Source: an uncultured candidate division Zixibacteria bacterium (GTDB lineage: Bacteria; Zixibacteria; MSB-5A5; GN15; FEB-12). From it: a stretch of DNA of 64,000 bases. The stretch spans positions 704,001 through 768,000 of the forward strand of contig OY760907.1 of NCBI GenBank assembly GCA_963664195.1, given 5' to 3'. Position 1 is the first letter of the stretch; each line of letters begins with the position of its first letter. This document shows, piece after piece, positions 1 to 10,568 of this stretch. Made by a program: the position numbers and the translations under genes. Below the pieces are notes generated by a model. That model made no database searches, was not told where the DNA came from, and worked only from the letters and a program-made list of their open reading frames with translations.

Positions 1-3000
1 TATTTCCTCAGCGCAGATGATATCCACGCCGCCGTTCGTGAAGTCGACACAACGGAGCGGCACCGGCTTGCCCTCCTGATCTCCGGCGAGACACAGATCA
101 GGAGCACCGTTGCGACCCGGGAAACCGTGCGTGATATTGGTGATGTCATTTGACTCAAAGTCGTACACTCTGCGGGACACCCAGAGCGTATCGCCGCCGC
201 GTGATGAGAACGTGTTGTCGCCACAGTCATTCCAGAAGAACTCAACCGGGATATACATGCACTCGAGCGTGCGGTCATTCGTGACAAGGAAGTCGATTGT
301 GGCCAGCGTCCCGGTCATCCCGTCAAGGAAACAACCCGGATGCGAGGCGCCGTCGTTCATCTCGGCCATCGCGACAATGCGGATCAGGCCCGAAGGACAA
401 CCGCCACAGTTGCCGTCAGGACCGTAGCGGAAGGAGAAATACTCCCATCCGCAGGCGGTCAGGAGGTCACCCTCAAGGACACCCGACGGAGTCAGGGCGG
501 TCGGATCGTAGGCGATCAAGAAGTCATAACCGCCAAGCTCGCGACCTGCACCGGTCAGGTAGACATTCACCATTTCATGGTGCCCCTGAAGTGCCTGGTG
601 TGTCTTCTCGATCTGGACATGAATGCACTCGTCGATCTGAACTTCAATACAGACCGAATCCCGCGCTGCCGCGCCACAGTTGTCCGTGGCCAGAATCTCG
701 AAACAGTATGTGCCGGTAGTATCGGCGTTAAAGCAAACCTGACCGGTCGCTTCATTAAAGATGCCGATCGGCGATACCGCAATACTGTTAAGGTTGTCGT
801 CCTCATCCTCGATTGCCACACCGAAGCAAAGTTCACCGACCGCTTCCAGGTACGCCGTGAAGTCCGGCGGTCCGGCTACAGTCGGCGGCGCGTTGAAGTT
901 GACTCTGACCAACGCAGAGTCTACGTCAGCCACGCCGCAAGAGTCCGTGGCCTGCAGGATGACGGTGTAGCTGCGGTCTGTTCCGTCACCAAATGCTGCC
1001 GTGAAGCATACGGTTCCGTCGACCTCGTTGAACACCGCCCCCGCAGGAGCGAGAATCTCGCTTGACTCAAGATTGCCATCCACATCGCTTGTTCCAGCTT
1101 CCCAGCAGATCTGCCCTGAACCGCAGAGGAAGAACGTCGTGTCGTTACCGGCATCGGCTATAGGAGCATTGTTCAGAGTGAATCTGACCTGGAACGAATC
1201 TACACAACTCGCACCGCACTCGTCGAGACACATGATCGCCACCGTGGCCGTCTCATTCGCACTCGGCGTGTATATCCAATTGCCGCCGACAACCGATCCC
1301 GGACCGCTGACAATCTCGCAGTGATCAAAGTTCTCATCGACATCCGTCGCCGTCACAGGCAAACTGACCTGTTCCGGTGCGCACTGGAAGAAAGTCGTCA
1401 GGGCCGCCGGTAGCTGACAGCTCGGCGCGGAGTTGATCGTAATCGTCGCGACAACAGTGTCTTCGTCCGCTTCTCCACATACATCCACCGTCCTCAGTAC
1501 GAAGGTGTAGACACCCGTGGCAGTCGGGGTAAAGCAGATGTTTGAACCGTCGTACGTTCCGGAACCTGTTGTCTCGTAACAACTGTCAAGGTTGCCGTCA
1601 ACGTCGGTGCAGCTTGCCGGGAGACAAACCTGCGCTGCGTTGCACTGGAAGAGTGACACATCCTCGCCTGCATCGGCCACCGGTGCATGGTTAAACATGA
1701 CCGCAACCACGATTGTATCGGCGTCGATCTCTCCACATTCGTCTGTGGCCTGTACTATAATCGTGTTTGGACCGGCAACAGTCGGCGTGAAACAGACCTG
1801 GCTGTTGTCGGTATCCAGCCCGGCTGCGAATTCAGTCGGCAGGGCCTCGATAAGACTCACATTGTCGTCGGCATCAACGACCTCATACGGAATGCAAACC
1901 TCTTCGGATGCACACTGGAAGTAGAGCGTGTCAGCTCCCAGCGTCACTACCGGCCGAGTATTGATCGTCACGTTGTACGTGGCGGTTACAATATCATCCG
2001 CACCACACGGGTCGGTGGCCCTCGCAGAAACGGTGTACGTACCGACAGTATTGGCATCGAAACACCAGAGACCGCCGGCGGTAATGCTGCCGTTACCGGA
2101 GACACGGTTCCAGGTCAGATCGTCACTGTCGGCATCGGAGGCCTCAAACTGGTAGCAGATTTGACTGCCGACACAAAGGAAAGTATCAACGACTGCAGGC
2201 TCAACCGCGACCGGGGCACTGTTGATCGTGACGTCGATAACCGCAACGCAGGTATCTGAGCCGCACGGCGTGTCAGCGATGATCGTCAACTCGTAGTGAC
2301 CGGTCGTATCGGCTGTGAAGCAGACGTTGCCGCGTGTGTAGTTTCCTATCGGACTGACGGACACCGTGATGTCGGTGCCCATAACTCCGATCGGGAAGCA
2401 GATATCATCCGGACTGCAGAGGAATTCATCCATTGCGGCCGGACAGTCGATTTCGGCAGCGGAACCGATATCGACATTGAAAACGAATTCACAGGTATCG
2501 GACCCGCAGTCGGCAGCCGCGATGACCTCAATTGTATATACGCCTGACGTATCCGCCAGGAAGCAAAGCTCGCCGTTTGAGAACGTTCCGTAGGACACCG
2601 TCACATCGGCATCGACCGGTGCAACCGTAATACCCTGACAGACCGTTTCAACCGCACAGAGCGAAATATCGAGCGGTCCGGTGGGGCAGTTGATAGAAGC
2701 GTACTGACCAAACGTGATATCGACTACTATCGTGTCTTCATCCATCGCGCCGCAAGGATCGGTTACACTGACCACAAACTCATAGGAGCCGGCGGTAGTC
2801 GGTGTGAAGCAGATGCTGTTGGTCGCGGTGTTGATTGTTCCGTAACCGGAGACCATCGACTCCACCAGTCCTGTCGGACCGTCGGCATCGTCGACCGTGT
2901 AGGCCACGCAGACTTCCTGCGACTGACAGAGATGGAGCGATGAATCGGCGCCGAACGCGATCTCCGGCGCCGAATTCAACGTAATGTTAACGACAACGCT

Positions 3001-6000
3001 ATCTACCATTTCCTCCCCACAGGCATCAACAGCCCTGAGAGTGAACAAGTAGTCCCCGGAGGTTGCAGGACTGAAACAGACCTGCGAACCGTCGTACGTA
3101 CCGGGACCGTTGAACAGGCAGTCGGTCAGGTTGTCGTCGGGGTCCGTGCACGAGGCCGGCCAACAAATCGTTGTGTCGGCACTGCACACGAACAGGGACA
3201 GATCGTTGCCCACGAATGCTGCTGGCGGTGAATTGTGCATTACGCTGACTGCGACCGTATCTGTAGCGAACTCACCGCACTCGTCCTCGACCTTGATCAC
3301 GAACTCGTAATCGCCATCGGCCGGAGCGGTGAAACATACCTGAGAATTAGCTTCATCGAGCGTGCCCGGTCCGGACTCAAGCGTAACGGTCCGGGTGCGG
3401 GGGTCGTTTTCATCACCCACCGTGTACGGCAGGCAGATCTCTGTGGATTCGCAGAGGAAGGTATCGACATCGGCACCAAACGCAATAGTCGGTGCTTCGT
3501 TGATTTCAAACTGCACGGTAAACTGCGAGACACATTCGGCACCGCAAGCATCGAGACATTTGATCCCGACAACCACCGTCTGTGAAGCGACCGGCGTGTA
3601 ACACCAGTTGCCGGCAACCAGAGCGCCCTGACCGGATATTATCTGGCAATGGTCGAAGTTTCCGTCGACATCGTCACCGGAGACCGGCAGGCAGACTTCC
3701 TGCGGAACGCACTGGAAAATCGTCGTGTCATCCGGCACGGAGCAGACAGGAGCGGTGTTGATTGTCACGTCGATTACGACTGTATCTTCGTGAGTCTCGC
3801 CGCAGGCATCTGACGCTTCGAGCACAAATGTGTATATTCCGGTGGCACCCGGCGTGAAACAGATATTCGTGCCATCGTATGCACCCGGACCGGAAACCAG
3901 GGCGCAGCCGGCCAGGTTGCCGTCCACGTCGGAGCATGAGGCAGGCCAGCAAACCGGCGTCGGCTCACACAGGAACAACGTCTGGTCGGCACCGGCGTCG
4001 GCGACAGGAGCGCTATTGAGCGTGTAGTCAACAACGACCGTATCAAATGCTTCGGCGCCACAGGCGTCGGTCGCCTTCAATACGAACTCGTATCCGAGTG
4101 TCCCGGTGGGCGTGAAACATATACTCGTGCCGTCAAAACTGCCCGGGCCATTGACAAGTTCAACCGTCGCCAGGTTTCCGTCCGGATCGGAGGCCGTCGT
4201 GGCCCAGCAGATTTCTGCCGGAACACACTGGAAAACTGTCTGGTCGTTGCCTGCGAACACTGTCGGCGGGGCGTTGTACTCAATCGTTACCAGTATTGTA
4301 TCAGTGACAACTTCACCGCAGGCGTCCGTCACCTGGCCGACAAACTGAATCGTACCCTCACCGGTCGGGTGGAAGCAGAGATAGTTGTTAGAGGTAAAGA
4401 TCGTACCGTCACCTTCAAGCAGAACGATATCTTCGATGTTGTCTTCAGCATCGGTCATCGTGAACCCGAGGCAAACCTGCTCGGGAACGCACTGGAAAAT
4501 GGTGGTGTCGTTGCCGAATGCAAAGACAGGCGCGGTGTTGACGCCTACGTTGTACGTCAGCGACGTAGTATCGGCAGCACCGCAAGAATCCGTGACGGCC
4601 ACCACAACGGTGTAATCACCATCGGCGTTGGCATCGAAACACCAGAGGCCGTTGGCAGTGACGGTGCCGTTGCCGGATACCCTGTTCCAGACAAGCGAAC
4701 CGCCGTCAATATCGCTGGCGCCAAACTGGTAGCAAACCTGAGCCGGGTCACATAGGAAGGTGTCGACCGGCGAGGTCGGATTGACCGCTACCGGGTTGCT
4801 GTTGATTTCTATGTCAGCAACCACCAGGCAGGTATCGGTTCCGCAGGTGGTGCTCGCAATCATTTCAATTTCATAATGACCGGCAGTGTCGGCCAGGAAA
4901 CAGAGATTGCCTGCTTCGTAATTGCCTATCGGGCTAACGGTGACTGTCGCTCCCGATCCCACCACACCAACCGGTATGCAAACCGAATCAATATCGCAGA
5001 GGAACAACTCCGTGGCGGCAGGACAATCGATCTGGGCCGCTTCGCCGATCTCGACATTGAAACTGACCACACAAGTATCGGTGGAGCACAGCGCCTCGGC
5101 AATAACGGTAATGTCATACGTACCGGAGGCTGCGGCGTAGAAGCAAAGCTCACCGTTGGCATACGTGCCCTGAGAGACGGTAACCGTCGCCCCAGCCGGA
5201 GTGATGTTCACCAACTGGCAGACAGAATCGACCGAACAGAGCGAAACGTTGATCGGCTGGCTCGGGCAGGAGATACTGGCGAATTCGCCGAAAGTCACGT
5301 CGACCACAATTGTGTCCCGGGCGGTTGCACCGCAATTGTCGGTCACACGGACCACGAATTCGTAGCTTCCGTCGGCAGTCGGCGTGAAGCAAACTTCATT
5401 GGCGGCGGTATCAATCGCCCCGAAACCCGAAAGCATCTCTTCGGTGATGCCACCAAACCCCTGCGGATCGTTCACCGTGTAACCGACACAAACCTGCTCG
5501 GGCACACAGAGTGTCAGGACTGTATCGGGACCAAAGGCAACCGCAGGAGCCTCGTTGACGACAACGTTAAACGTCATCGACGTGACATCTGAGAGGCCGC
5601 AAGAATCAGTAACTGTCACCTCGGCAGTGTAGGTACCGCTCACCGTGGGAGTGAAACACCACCGGCCATCCGTGCTGAGGGTCCCTGTCCCGGCGGTACG
5701 TGCCCACACGAGCGTTCCTCCCTCGGCATCGGAGGCCGTGAACTGGTGGCAAATCTCTGCGGGCGCGCATTGCGAAACATCAACCGGGCCGGCGGCATCA
5801 ACCGCAACCGGCGCCGTGTTGAGGGTGATATCAAAAGACAGTGAAACCGTGTCGGCCGCGCCGCACGAGTCGGCAACCGCCGCCATCGCCGTGAAACTGC
5901 CTGAAGCAGTCGGCGTATAGCAGAACTCGCCGCCAGCCGTAACCGTGCCAACGCCGGACAGGAGCGTCCAGGTCAACGTTCCCCCGTTGGGATCGGAAGC

Positions 6001-8100
6001 GGTAAGCGTCCGGCAGATCTCGGTCGGTACACACTGGAACACGGTCACGGGCGACGGTGTCCCGGCGACCGGCGGGTCGTTGTCATCAATACTGACAATC
6101 AGCGTGTCATAATCTTCAAGGCCGCAATCGTCCTCGGCACGAATCACAAACGTGTATGCGCCGGCACTGGGCGGAGTGAAACAGATAATCCCGCTATTGA
6201 GAGTACCGGGGCCTGAATGAAGCTCAGTCACCGCCAGATTGCCGTCCGGATCGCTGAAGCTGACCGGCAGACATACCTGCTCCAAAGAGCAGTGGAAGAA
6301 GCTCTGGTCGTTTCCGGCATCGGTCACCGGAGCCTCGTTGAGGTTCACCGTAACGTACGCCGTGGCGCTGGTCTCATTACCACAGCCGTCGGTTGCGGTG
6401 ACAGTGACTTCGTACACTCCGGTGGTGTCGGCCCAGAAGCAGATGTCTTCGGTAGTCGAGGAGGGGGCAGTTCGAGCGGCAAATGCATCAATTTCAAGAT
6501 TGCCACTGGTACACCGGATTCTTACTTCGTTAAAAGTAATTCCGTCCGGAAGATCAAAAGTCACACCACCCGTACCGGAAGAAGCCGTTCCACCGGGGAG
6601 TTGGCGAGTAATGGTATGGACAGTAGTACCGTCGAGGCGGAACCGCAACTGTGCGTCGCCACCCCCGTTGGTGTTGGTGAAAACCACAAAATCAACATTG
6701 GCACCGTTGCAGGTAGTAATCTCCTGCGGGAATCCGATGACACAGCGATCGTTGCTGGCAAAGGCAACCGAACCATCGCCGGCACCGCCGTCAGGACCGC
6801 CGGCACCGGCAGTCGTGAAGGTCAGGTCGGTCGGCGCATTGAGGAGATGGTCGGCTGAATTGCCGGGCTCCGAGCCGTTGGGAAATGAGCCGTAATCGAC
6901 TATATGATCTGCAAACGCAAAATTCGGCAACGCAACTGCTACACCGGACTGGCTGTTAATCGGTGCAACAAAGTCAGAAGCCTGGTATAAAACTGTTCCG
7001 GGAGCGCCCCCCCCGATCTGAGTAATAGTACCTCCAAGCTTGTTGATGCGGCTTACTTGGTCGTAGCCGGCGAGAGTGCCGGAGTACGCTCCCAGGTTTG
7101 ATGTGACGGAGATAACGTCGCAGTCAGCATCTATGATGTCCACAGGGACACAAATCTCGTCGCCTTCGCACAGGGCGACCGACGAGTCGTTAATCGTAAC
7201 AATCGGCGCGGAACCGGCCTGGATATCGAACTCAACGGTATCGACATCAATGGCCCCGTACTGATCCTCGGCCTGGAACACAAACCTATAGAGACCACCG
7301 ACCGCAGGCGTGAAGCAATGCGATCCGCTGGCAGAACCAAACCCGACGAGCGTGCTGAAACTGCCCTCACCCTCGAGCATATCCACCCAGATGGAATCTC
7401 CCTCACAGACCCCGTCAGCCGCACTGACATCAAAACAAATCTCAGCAAAATCGCACGAGACTATTGCGGTATCGTCGGGCAATGTGAGCTGAGGTGTCTG
7501 ATTGGAAAACGTCAATCGAATGACCAGATCCTGGTAATCAGCATCGCCGCCGTTGGGGAGGTCCTCGAAACAGACCAGGTACTCGTGAGGCTGGCCGGTG
7601 GCAAACACCCAGGCGTGATCGAAATTGTCGGAGTTTAGCGAAGTCTCAGTCAACCAGGTATGATTGTTCCCCGGAAGGTTTGGCTTCATGTAGCAGCCAA
7701 AATAATCTCCGGGGGCAAAATTGAACTGAACCGAATCACCCGGTCCATCGCTGGGGCCAAACAACTGGTAAAATACCGAGGTATCTCCGGCGGCATAGTA
7801 CCCGGAGGTTGAATATACCGCCGATCCGGCCACCTCAATGACCATCGTCGCCGTATTCAATCCGGTAACACCACAAAACAACGCCGAGCCCAACTCATCG
7901 TTGGCGACATCGATGTCGTATCCCAATTGGTCGAGATAGTCTTGCAGCGAGCTTTCGCCCTTTTCCGCAAATCCTGGAGTGGTTGTCGTTTTGATGGAAT
8001 CGGCCCACGGAGCCTCATCCTGCGCACCCCCAACGTTCACCAATACACCCAGCACCAGCGCCAGCGTAAGCGCAAAATGTTTGATTGACTGAGTCCTCAT
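1..8100 (-). CDS. Giant secreted/surface protein, >2700 aa, runs off the window: signal peptide, DUF4114-like domain, ~20+ Cys-rich Ig-like repeats, cohesin-like region near the window edge
   Basis: ATG at 8100 after GGAG; MRTQSIKHFALTLALVLGVLVNVGGA signal; FEDLPNGGDADYQDLV motif; recurring C-x4-C...D-x-DG...CFTP-x3-G-x-Y-x-F...D-x-CG units; the same frame reads ...GGVDIICAEEI at base 1; LGGYDFLIAYDPTAL cohesin-like motif near 500. Large parts translated by hand, not every codon checked. Confidence 0.9.
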   Translation of the reverse strand, partial: MRTQSIKHFALTLALVLGVLVNVGGAQDEAPWADSIKTTTTPGFAEKGESSLQDYLDQLGYDIDVANDELGSALFCGVTGLNTATMVIEVAGSAVYSTSGYYAAGDTSVFYQLFGPSDGPGDSVQFNFAPGDYFGCYMKPNLPGNNHTWLTETSLNSDNFDHAWVFATGQPHEYLVCFEDLPNGGDADYQDLVIRLTFSNQTPQLTLPDDTAIVSCDFAEICFDVSAADGVCEGDSIWVDMLEGEGSFSTLVGFGSASGSHCFTPAVGGLYRFVFQAEDQYGAIDVDTVEFDIQAGSAPIVTINDSSVALCEGDEICVPVDIIDADCDVISVTSNLGAYSGTLAGYDQVSRINKLGGTITQIGGGAPGTVLYQASDFVAPINSQSGVAVALPNFAFADHIVDYGSFPNGSEPGNSADHLLNAPTDLTFTTAGAGGPDGGAGDGSVAFASNDRCVIGFPQEITTCNGANVDFVVFTNTNGGGDAQLRFRLDGTTVHTITRQLPGGTASSGTGGVTFDLPDGITFNEVRIRCTSGNLEIDAFAARTAPSSTTEDICFWADTTGVYEVTVTATDGCGNETSATAYVTVNLNEAPVTDAGNDQSFFHCSLEQVCLPVSFSDPDGNLAVTELHSGPGTLNSGIICFTPPSAGAYTFVIRAEDDCGLEDYDTLIVSIDDNDPPVAGTPSPVTVFQCVPTEICRTLTASDPNGGTLTWTLLSGVGTVTAGGEFCYTPTASGSFTAMAAVADSCGAADTVSLSFDITLNTAPVAVDAAGPVDVSQCAPAEICHQFTASDAEGGTLVWARTAGTGTLSTDGRWCFTPTVSGTYTAEVTVTDSCGLSDVTSMTFNVVVNEAPAVAFGPDTVLTLCVPEQVCVGYTVNDPQGFGGITEEMLSGFGAIDTAANEVCFTPTADGSYEFVVRVTDNCGATARDTIVVDVTFGEFASISCPSQPINVSLCSVDSVCQLVNITPAGATVTVSQGTYANGELCFYAAASGTYDITVIAEALCSTDTCVVSFNVEIGEAAQIDCPAATELFLCDIDSVCIPVGVVGSGATVTVSPIGNYEAGNLCFLADTAGHYEIEMIASTTCGTDTCLVVADIEINSNPVAVNPTSPVDTFLCDPAQVCYQFGASDIDGGSLVWNRVSGNGTVTANGLWCFDANADGDYTVVVAVTDSCGAADTTSLTYNVGVNTAPVFAFGNDTTIFQCVPEQVCLGFTMTDAEDNIEDIVLLEGDGTIFTSNNYLCFHPTGEGTIQFVGQVTDACGEVVTDTILVTIEYNAPPTVFAGNDQTVFQCVPAEICWATTASDPDGNLATVELVNGPGSFDGTSICFTPTGTLGYEFVLKATDACGAEAFDTVVVDYTLNSAPVADAGADQTLFLCEPTPVCWPASCSDVDGNLAGCALVSGPGAYDGTNICFTPGATGIYTFVLEASDACGETHEDTVVIDVTINTAPVCSVPDDTTIFQCVPQEVCLPVSGDDVDGNFDHCQIISGQGALVAGNWCYTPVASQTVVVGIKCLDACGAECVSQFTVQFEINEAPTIAFGADVDTFLCESTEICLPYTVGDENDPRTRTVTLESGPGTLDEANSQVCFTAPADGDYEFVIKVEDECGEFATDTVAVSVMHNSPPAAFVGNDLSLFVCSADTTICWPASCTDPDDNLTDCLFNGPGTYDGSQVCFSPATSGDYLFTLRAVDACGEEMVDSVVVNITLNSAPEIAFGADSSLHLCQSQEVCVAYTVDDADGPTGLVESMVSGYGTINTATNSICFTPTTAGSYEFVVSVTDPCGAMDEDTIVVDITFGQYASINCPTGPLDISLCAVETVCQGITVAPVDADVTVSYGTFSNGELCFLADTSGVYTIEVIAAADCGSDTCEFVFNVDIGSAAEIDCPAAMDEFLCSPDDICFPIGVMGTDITVSVSPIGNYTRGNVCFTADTTGHYELTIIADTPCGSDTCVAVIDVTINSAPVAVEPAVVDTFLCVGSQICYQFEASDADSDDLTWNRVSGNGSITAGGLWCFDANTVGTYTVSARATDPCGADDIVTATYNVTINTRPVVTLGADTLYFQCASEEVCIPYEVVDADDNVSLIEALPTEFAAGLDTDNSQVCFTPTVAGPNTIIVQATDECGEIDADTIVVAVMFNHAPVADAGEDVSLFQCNAAQVCLPASCTDVDGNLDSCYETTGSGTYDGSNICFTPTATGVYTFVLRTVDVCGEADEDTVVATITINSAPSCQLPAALTTFFQCAPEQVSLPVTATDVDENFDHCEIVSGPGSVVGGNWIYTPSANETATVAIMCLDECGASCVDSFQVRFTLNNAPIADAGNDTTFFLCGSGQICWEAGTSDVDGNLESSEILAPAGAVFNEVDGTVCFTAAFGDGTDRSYTVILQATDSCGVADVDSALVRVNFNAPPTVAGPPDFTAYLEAVGELCFGVAIEDEDDNLNSIAVSPIGIFNEATGQVCFNADTTGTYCFEILATDNCGAAARDSVCIEVQIDECIHVQIEKTHQALQGHHEMVNVYLTGAGRELGGYDFLIAYDPTALTPSGVLEGDLLTACGWEYFSFRYGPDGNCGGCPSGLIRIVAMAEMNDGASHPGCFLDGMTGTLATIDFLVTNDRTLECMYIPVEFFWNDCGDNTFSSRGGDTLWVSRRVYDFESNDITNITHGFPGRNGAPDLCLAGDQEGKPVPLRCVDFTNGGVDIICAEEI

Positions 8101-8599
8101 GACTTCTCCACAGACAAGTAAATGTAGTAAGCGCCGCCCCCATGTACGGGGCACACGCAGAAACAGGCAAACCTTAAGAGCGGCCTTTACTTAGAGATAG
8201 AAATCTAAAAGGACAAAATGCCAATTATGGCTGAGGGATCGTGAGCAATCGTCCAATCCACACTCCGTGTTTACCTGAATACCGTTAAATCGTCTCACCG
8301 GAAGAAGTAGGACGTCATTGCCGCATCTTTGACCGAAGAATCACAGCTCGTTTGTAAACCTACCTATCCGATTACTAAACAATGTAACAATAATGTACTG
8401 TTGTGTCAAGCGATAAAGCGGCGTTCACACGCCATTTTCGGGCTTTTACGACAGGCTAACGAGGAGCAACTACACCTACATCCATGCACGGATTTGCACA
8501 AGTTACCAGCAGTACATACCCGCAAGTACGCCAATAGGCAAACGGCCCACAGCAGAGTCTGATTCTACGGCGGGCCGCGAAGCTTGTCTCAGAATGACG

Positions 8600-9241
8600 T
8601 TACATCACGCGCCTAAATACGTACCCGCCCTTCTCCGCGCCCCAAACCTGTTCGTCCTTGTCGTTCCATCCACGATCCCAACTGAAGAGGGTCGAGGGGG
8701 TAACGCGGACTTCCGACGTCGCGTAAGTTGCTTCGCCCCAATCGTTAAGGCACGCTTTGTCGACCGTGGTGCCCACGTAAGCCGAGTCGGATTCCTTGTG
8801 TAGAGTTATCCCGCAGCCGGCCTTTTCGGCCAGCGAGTCCGGACTCAGTGCGACCATAGGATCTGATTCTCTCCAGGCACCGGCAAACCTCAGCGGTTCC
8901 TCAAGTGTAAAAACATCGCTGCGATAGGTGACGGAATCGGTCTTGATGAGATGGTACACGCGTTGACGATACGGCTGTGCCATTGAGGATGCGGCGGCCT
9001 GTTCGACATACAGCCAGACGCCGTCGGTCCGGTCCGGCCAGATACGCACCATGGCGAGGCGGATATCGAAATAGCTCGAATCCTCGACCGATTGATCGTG
9101 CGAGCTGTATAGCCCCTGCATCCAGATTGCCAGCCGGTTGAAATCGCTGATCTGCCCGGCCGGTTCCTCGGTTGAACAAGCAACGAAGATCACCGCCACC
9201 ACGCTCAGAACCGCCAGGAGAATGATCCTTCTTCCAGTCAT
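8600..9241 (-). CDS. CpcT/CpeT-family chromophore lyase-like lipoprotein
   Basis: WLYVEQA...PYRQRVY, SWDRGW...QVWG motifs; lipobox-like IFVAC. Confidence 0.8.
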   Translation of the reverse strand: MTGRRIILLAVLSVVAVIFVACSTEEPAGQISDFNRLAIWMQGLYSSHDQSVEDSSYFDIRLAMVRIWPDRTDGVWLYVEQAAASSMAQPYRQRVYHLIKTDSVTYRSDVFTLEEPLRFAGAWRESDPMVALSPDSLAEKAGCGITLHKESDSAYVGTTVDKACLNDWGEATYATSEVRVTPSTLFSWDRGWNDKDEQVWGAEKGGYVFRRVM

Positions 9242-9466
9242 TTTCCAGCCTCCTTGATAGTGATCGTAATCGGATTACACACACCATAAACACGCCGCTT
9301 GCCAAGGTCAAGTTTGGATATCAAATGAAAAAGGGGGTCGTCTTCGCCCCTCGAGAGCATGTTGTTCCCGCCGCAATGTGAGTCTCCCTTGTTTCAAACT
9401 TGAATACGGCTCTCTTCTCCCTTAGCATTGACAGATAGTATGTAACCCGAGTTCGAGGAATAGCGG

Positions 9467-10549
9467 ATGAATCAGCTACTGGAAGCCTTACCCGGATCAA
9501 CCGGAATACAGACGTTGATAGGCGCCACCGCCATCATTCTGGCAACAGGCCTGGTATCGTTTGTCCTGCGGGTCGTGGTTTTCGGCGTCGTGCATCGACT
9601 CACCAGTAGAACCAGCACGACTATCGATGATCGCCTGCTCAAAGCAATCCGCTCTCCCCTGGCGTTGCTGATATATGTCTTTGGTCTCTCAATCCTGTTC
9701 AATTTCCTGCAATCCAGATACGCGGAGTATATCGGCGAAGGTGCCGCCAAGACAATCGACGGGATAATTTACGGGTTCGGTGTGTTCGTAGTCGCTTTTC
9801 TGATTATCCGACTGATAGCCACCATACTCAGCTGGTATGCGGATACGATTGCGGTCAAGACAGAGACAAATCTCGACAACGAATTCGTCCCCTTGCTGGA
9901 GCGTTCTCTCAAGATCATCGTGGTGACTCTGGCTGCCTTGATCGTGCTGGAGCATTTCGGAGTTGACATCAAAGGATTGGTGGCTGTCCTCGGAGTGGGA
10001 TCACTTGCTATTGCCCTCGCGGCGCAGGAGACGCTGGCTAACATGATAGGCGGCTTCACGATCATGATCGACCGCCCGTTTCGTATAGGTGATATGGTGC
10101 GTCTGCCGGATGACCGGCGGGTGAAGGTCTACGAGATCGGCATCAGGTCAACCAAGTTTCGCACTTTCGACAACACGCTGGTCATCGTGCCCAACGCTGA
10201 GCTTATCAAATCGACCGTGCACAACCTCACCTACCCGGTGCCGTTGGTTAGAGTCGTCATTGAGGTGGGAGTTGGATACGAATCCGATATGGACAAAGTG
10301 CGGGACGTGATGCTTGATGTGGCCGCAAAGCACAGCAACGTACTTGAGGATCCCGAACCGCAGTTTCTTCTGTGGGCTTTCGGAGCGAGTTCACTCGATG
10401 TCGTGCTCAGGTGCCATATTACCTGTGCGGAGGATGATCGTCGGACTTCTTCGGAGCTTCGATTGCAGATACTGGAGCGCTTCCGCCAGGAGGGAATCGA
10501 GATTCCATTCCCGCAGCGAGTCGTCACGATGGCCGGCAGACACGATTGA
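9467..10549 (+). CDS. mscS: Small-conductance mechanosensitive channel, MscS family
   Basis: LGVGSLAIALAAQETLAN, DRPFRIGD, IGIRSTK, VPNAEL, GIEIPFPQR. Confidence 0.92.
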   Translation: MNQLLEALPGSTGIQTLIGATAIILATGLVSFVLRVVVFGVVHRLTSRTSTTIDDRLLKAIRSPLALLIYVFGLSILFNFLQSRYAEYIGEGAAKTIDGIIYGFGVFVVAFLIIRLIATILSWYADTIAVKTETNLDNEFVPLLERSLKIIVVTLAALIVLEHFGVDIKGLVAVLGVGSLAIALAAQETLANMIGGFTIMIDRPFRIGDMVRLPDDRRVKVYEIGIRSTKFRTFDNTLVIVPNAELIKSTVHNLTYPVPLVRVVIEVGVGYESDMDKVRDVMLDVAAKHSNVLEDPEPQFLLWAFGASSLDVVLRCHITCAEDDRRTSSELRLQILERFRQEGIEIPFPQRVVTMAGRHD

Positions 10550-10568
10550 CGGTCAGGAGAGTTGGTCG

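Noticed and set aside
110..7638. Many + strand and off-frame ORFs in the track
   Set aside because: Shadows of the giant minus-strand gene.
8160..8240. c-di-GMP-I riboswitch (GGCAAACC)
   Set aside because: Wrong strand for the adjacent gene, and lacks the GACGCAAAGC element.
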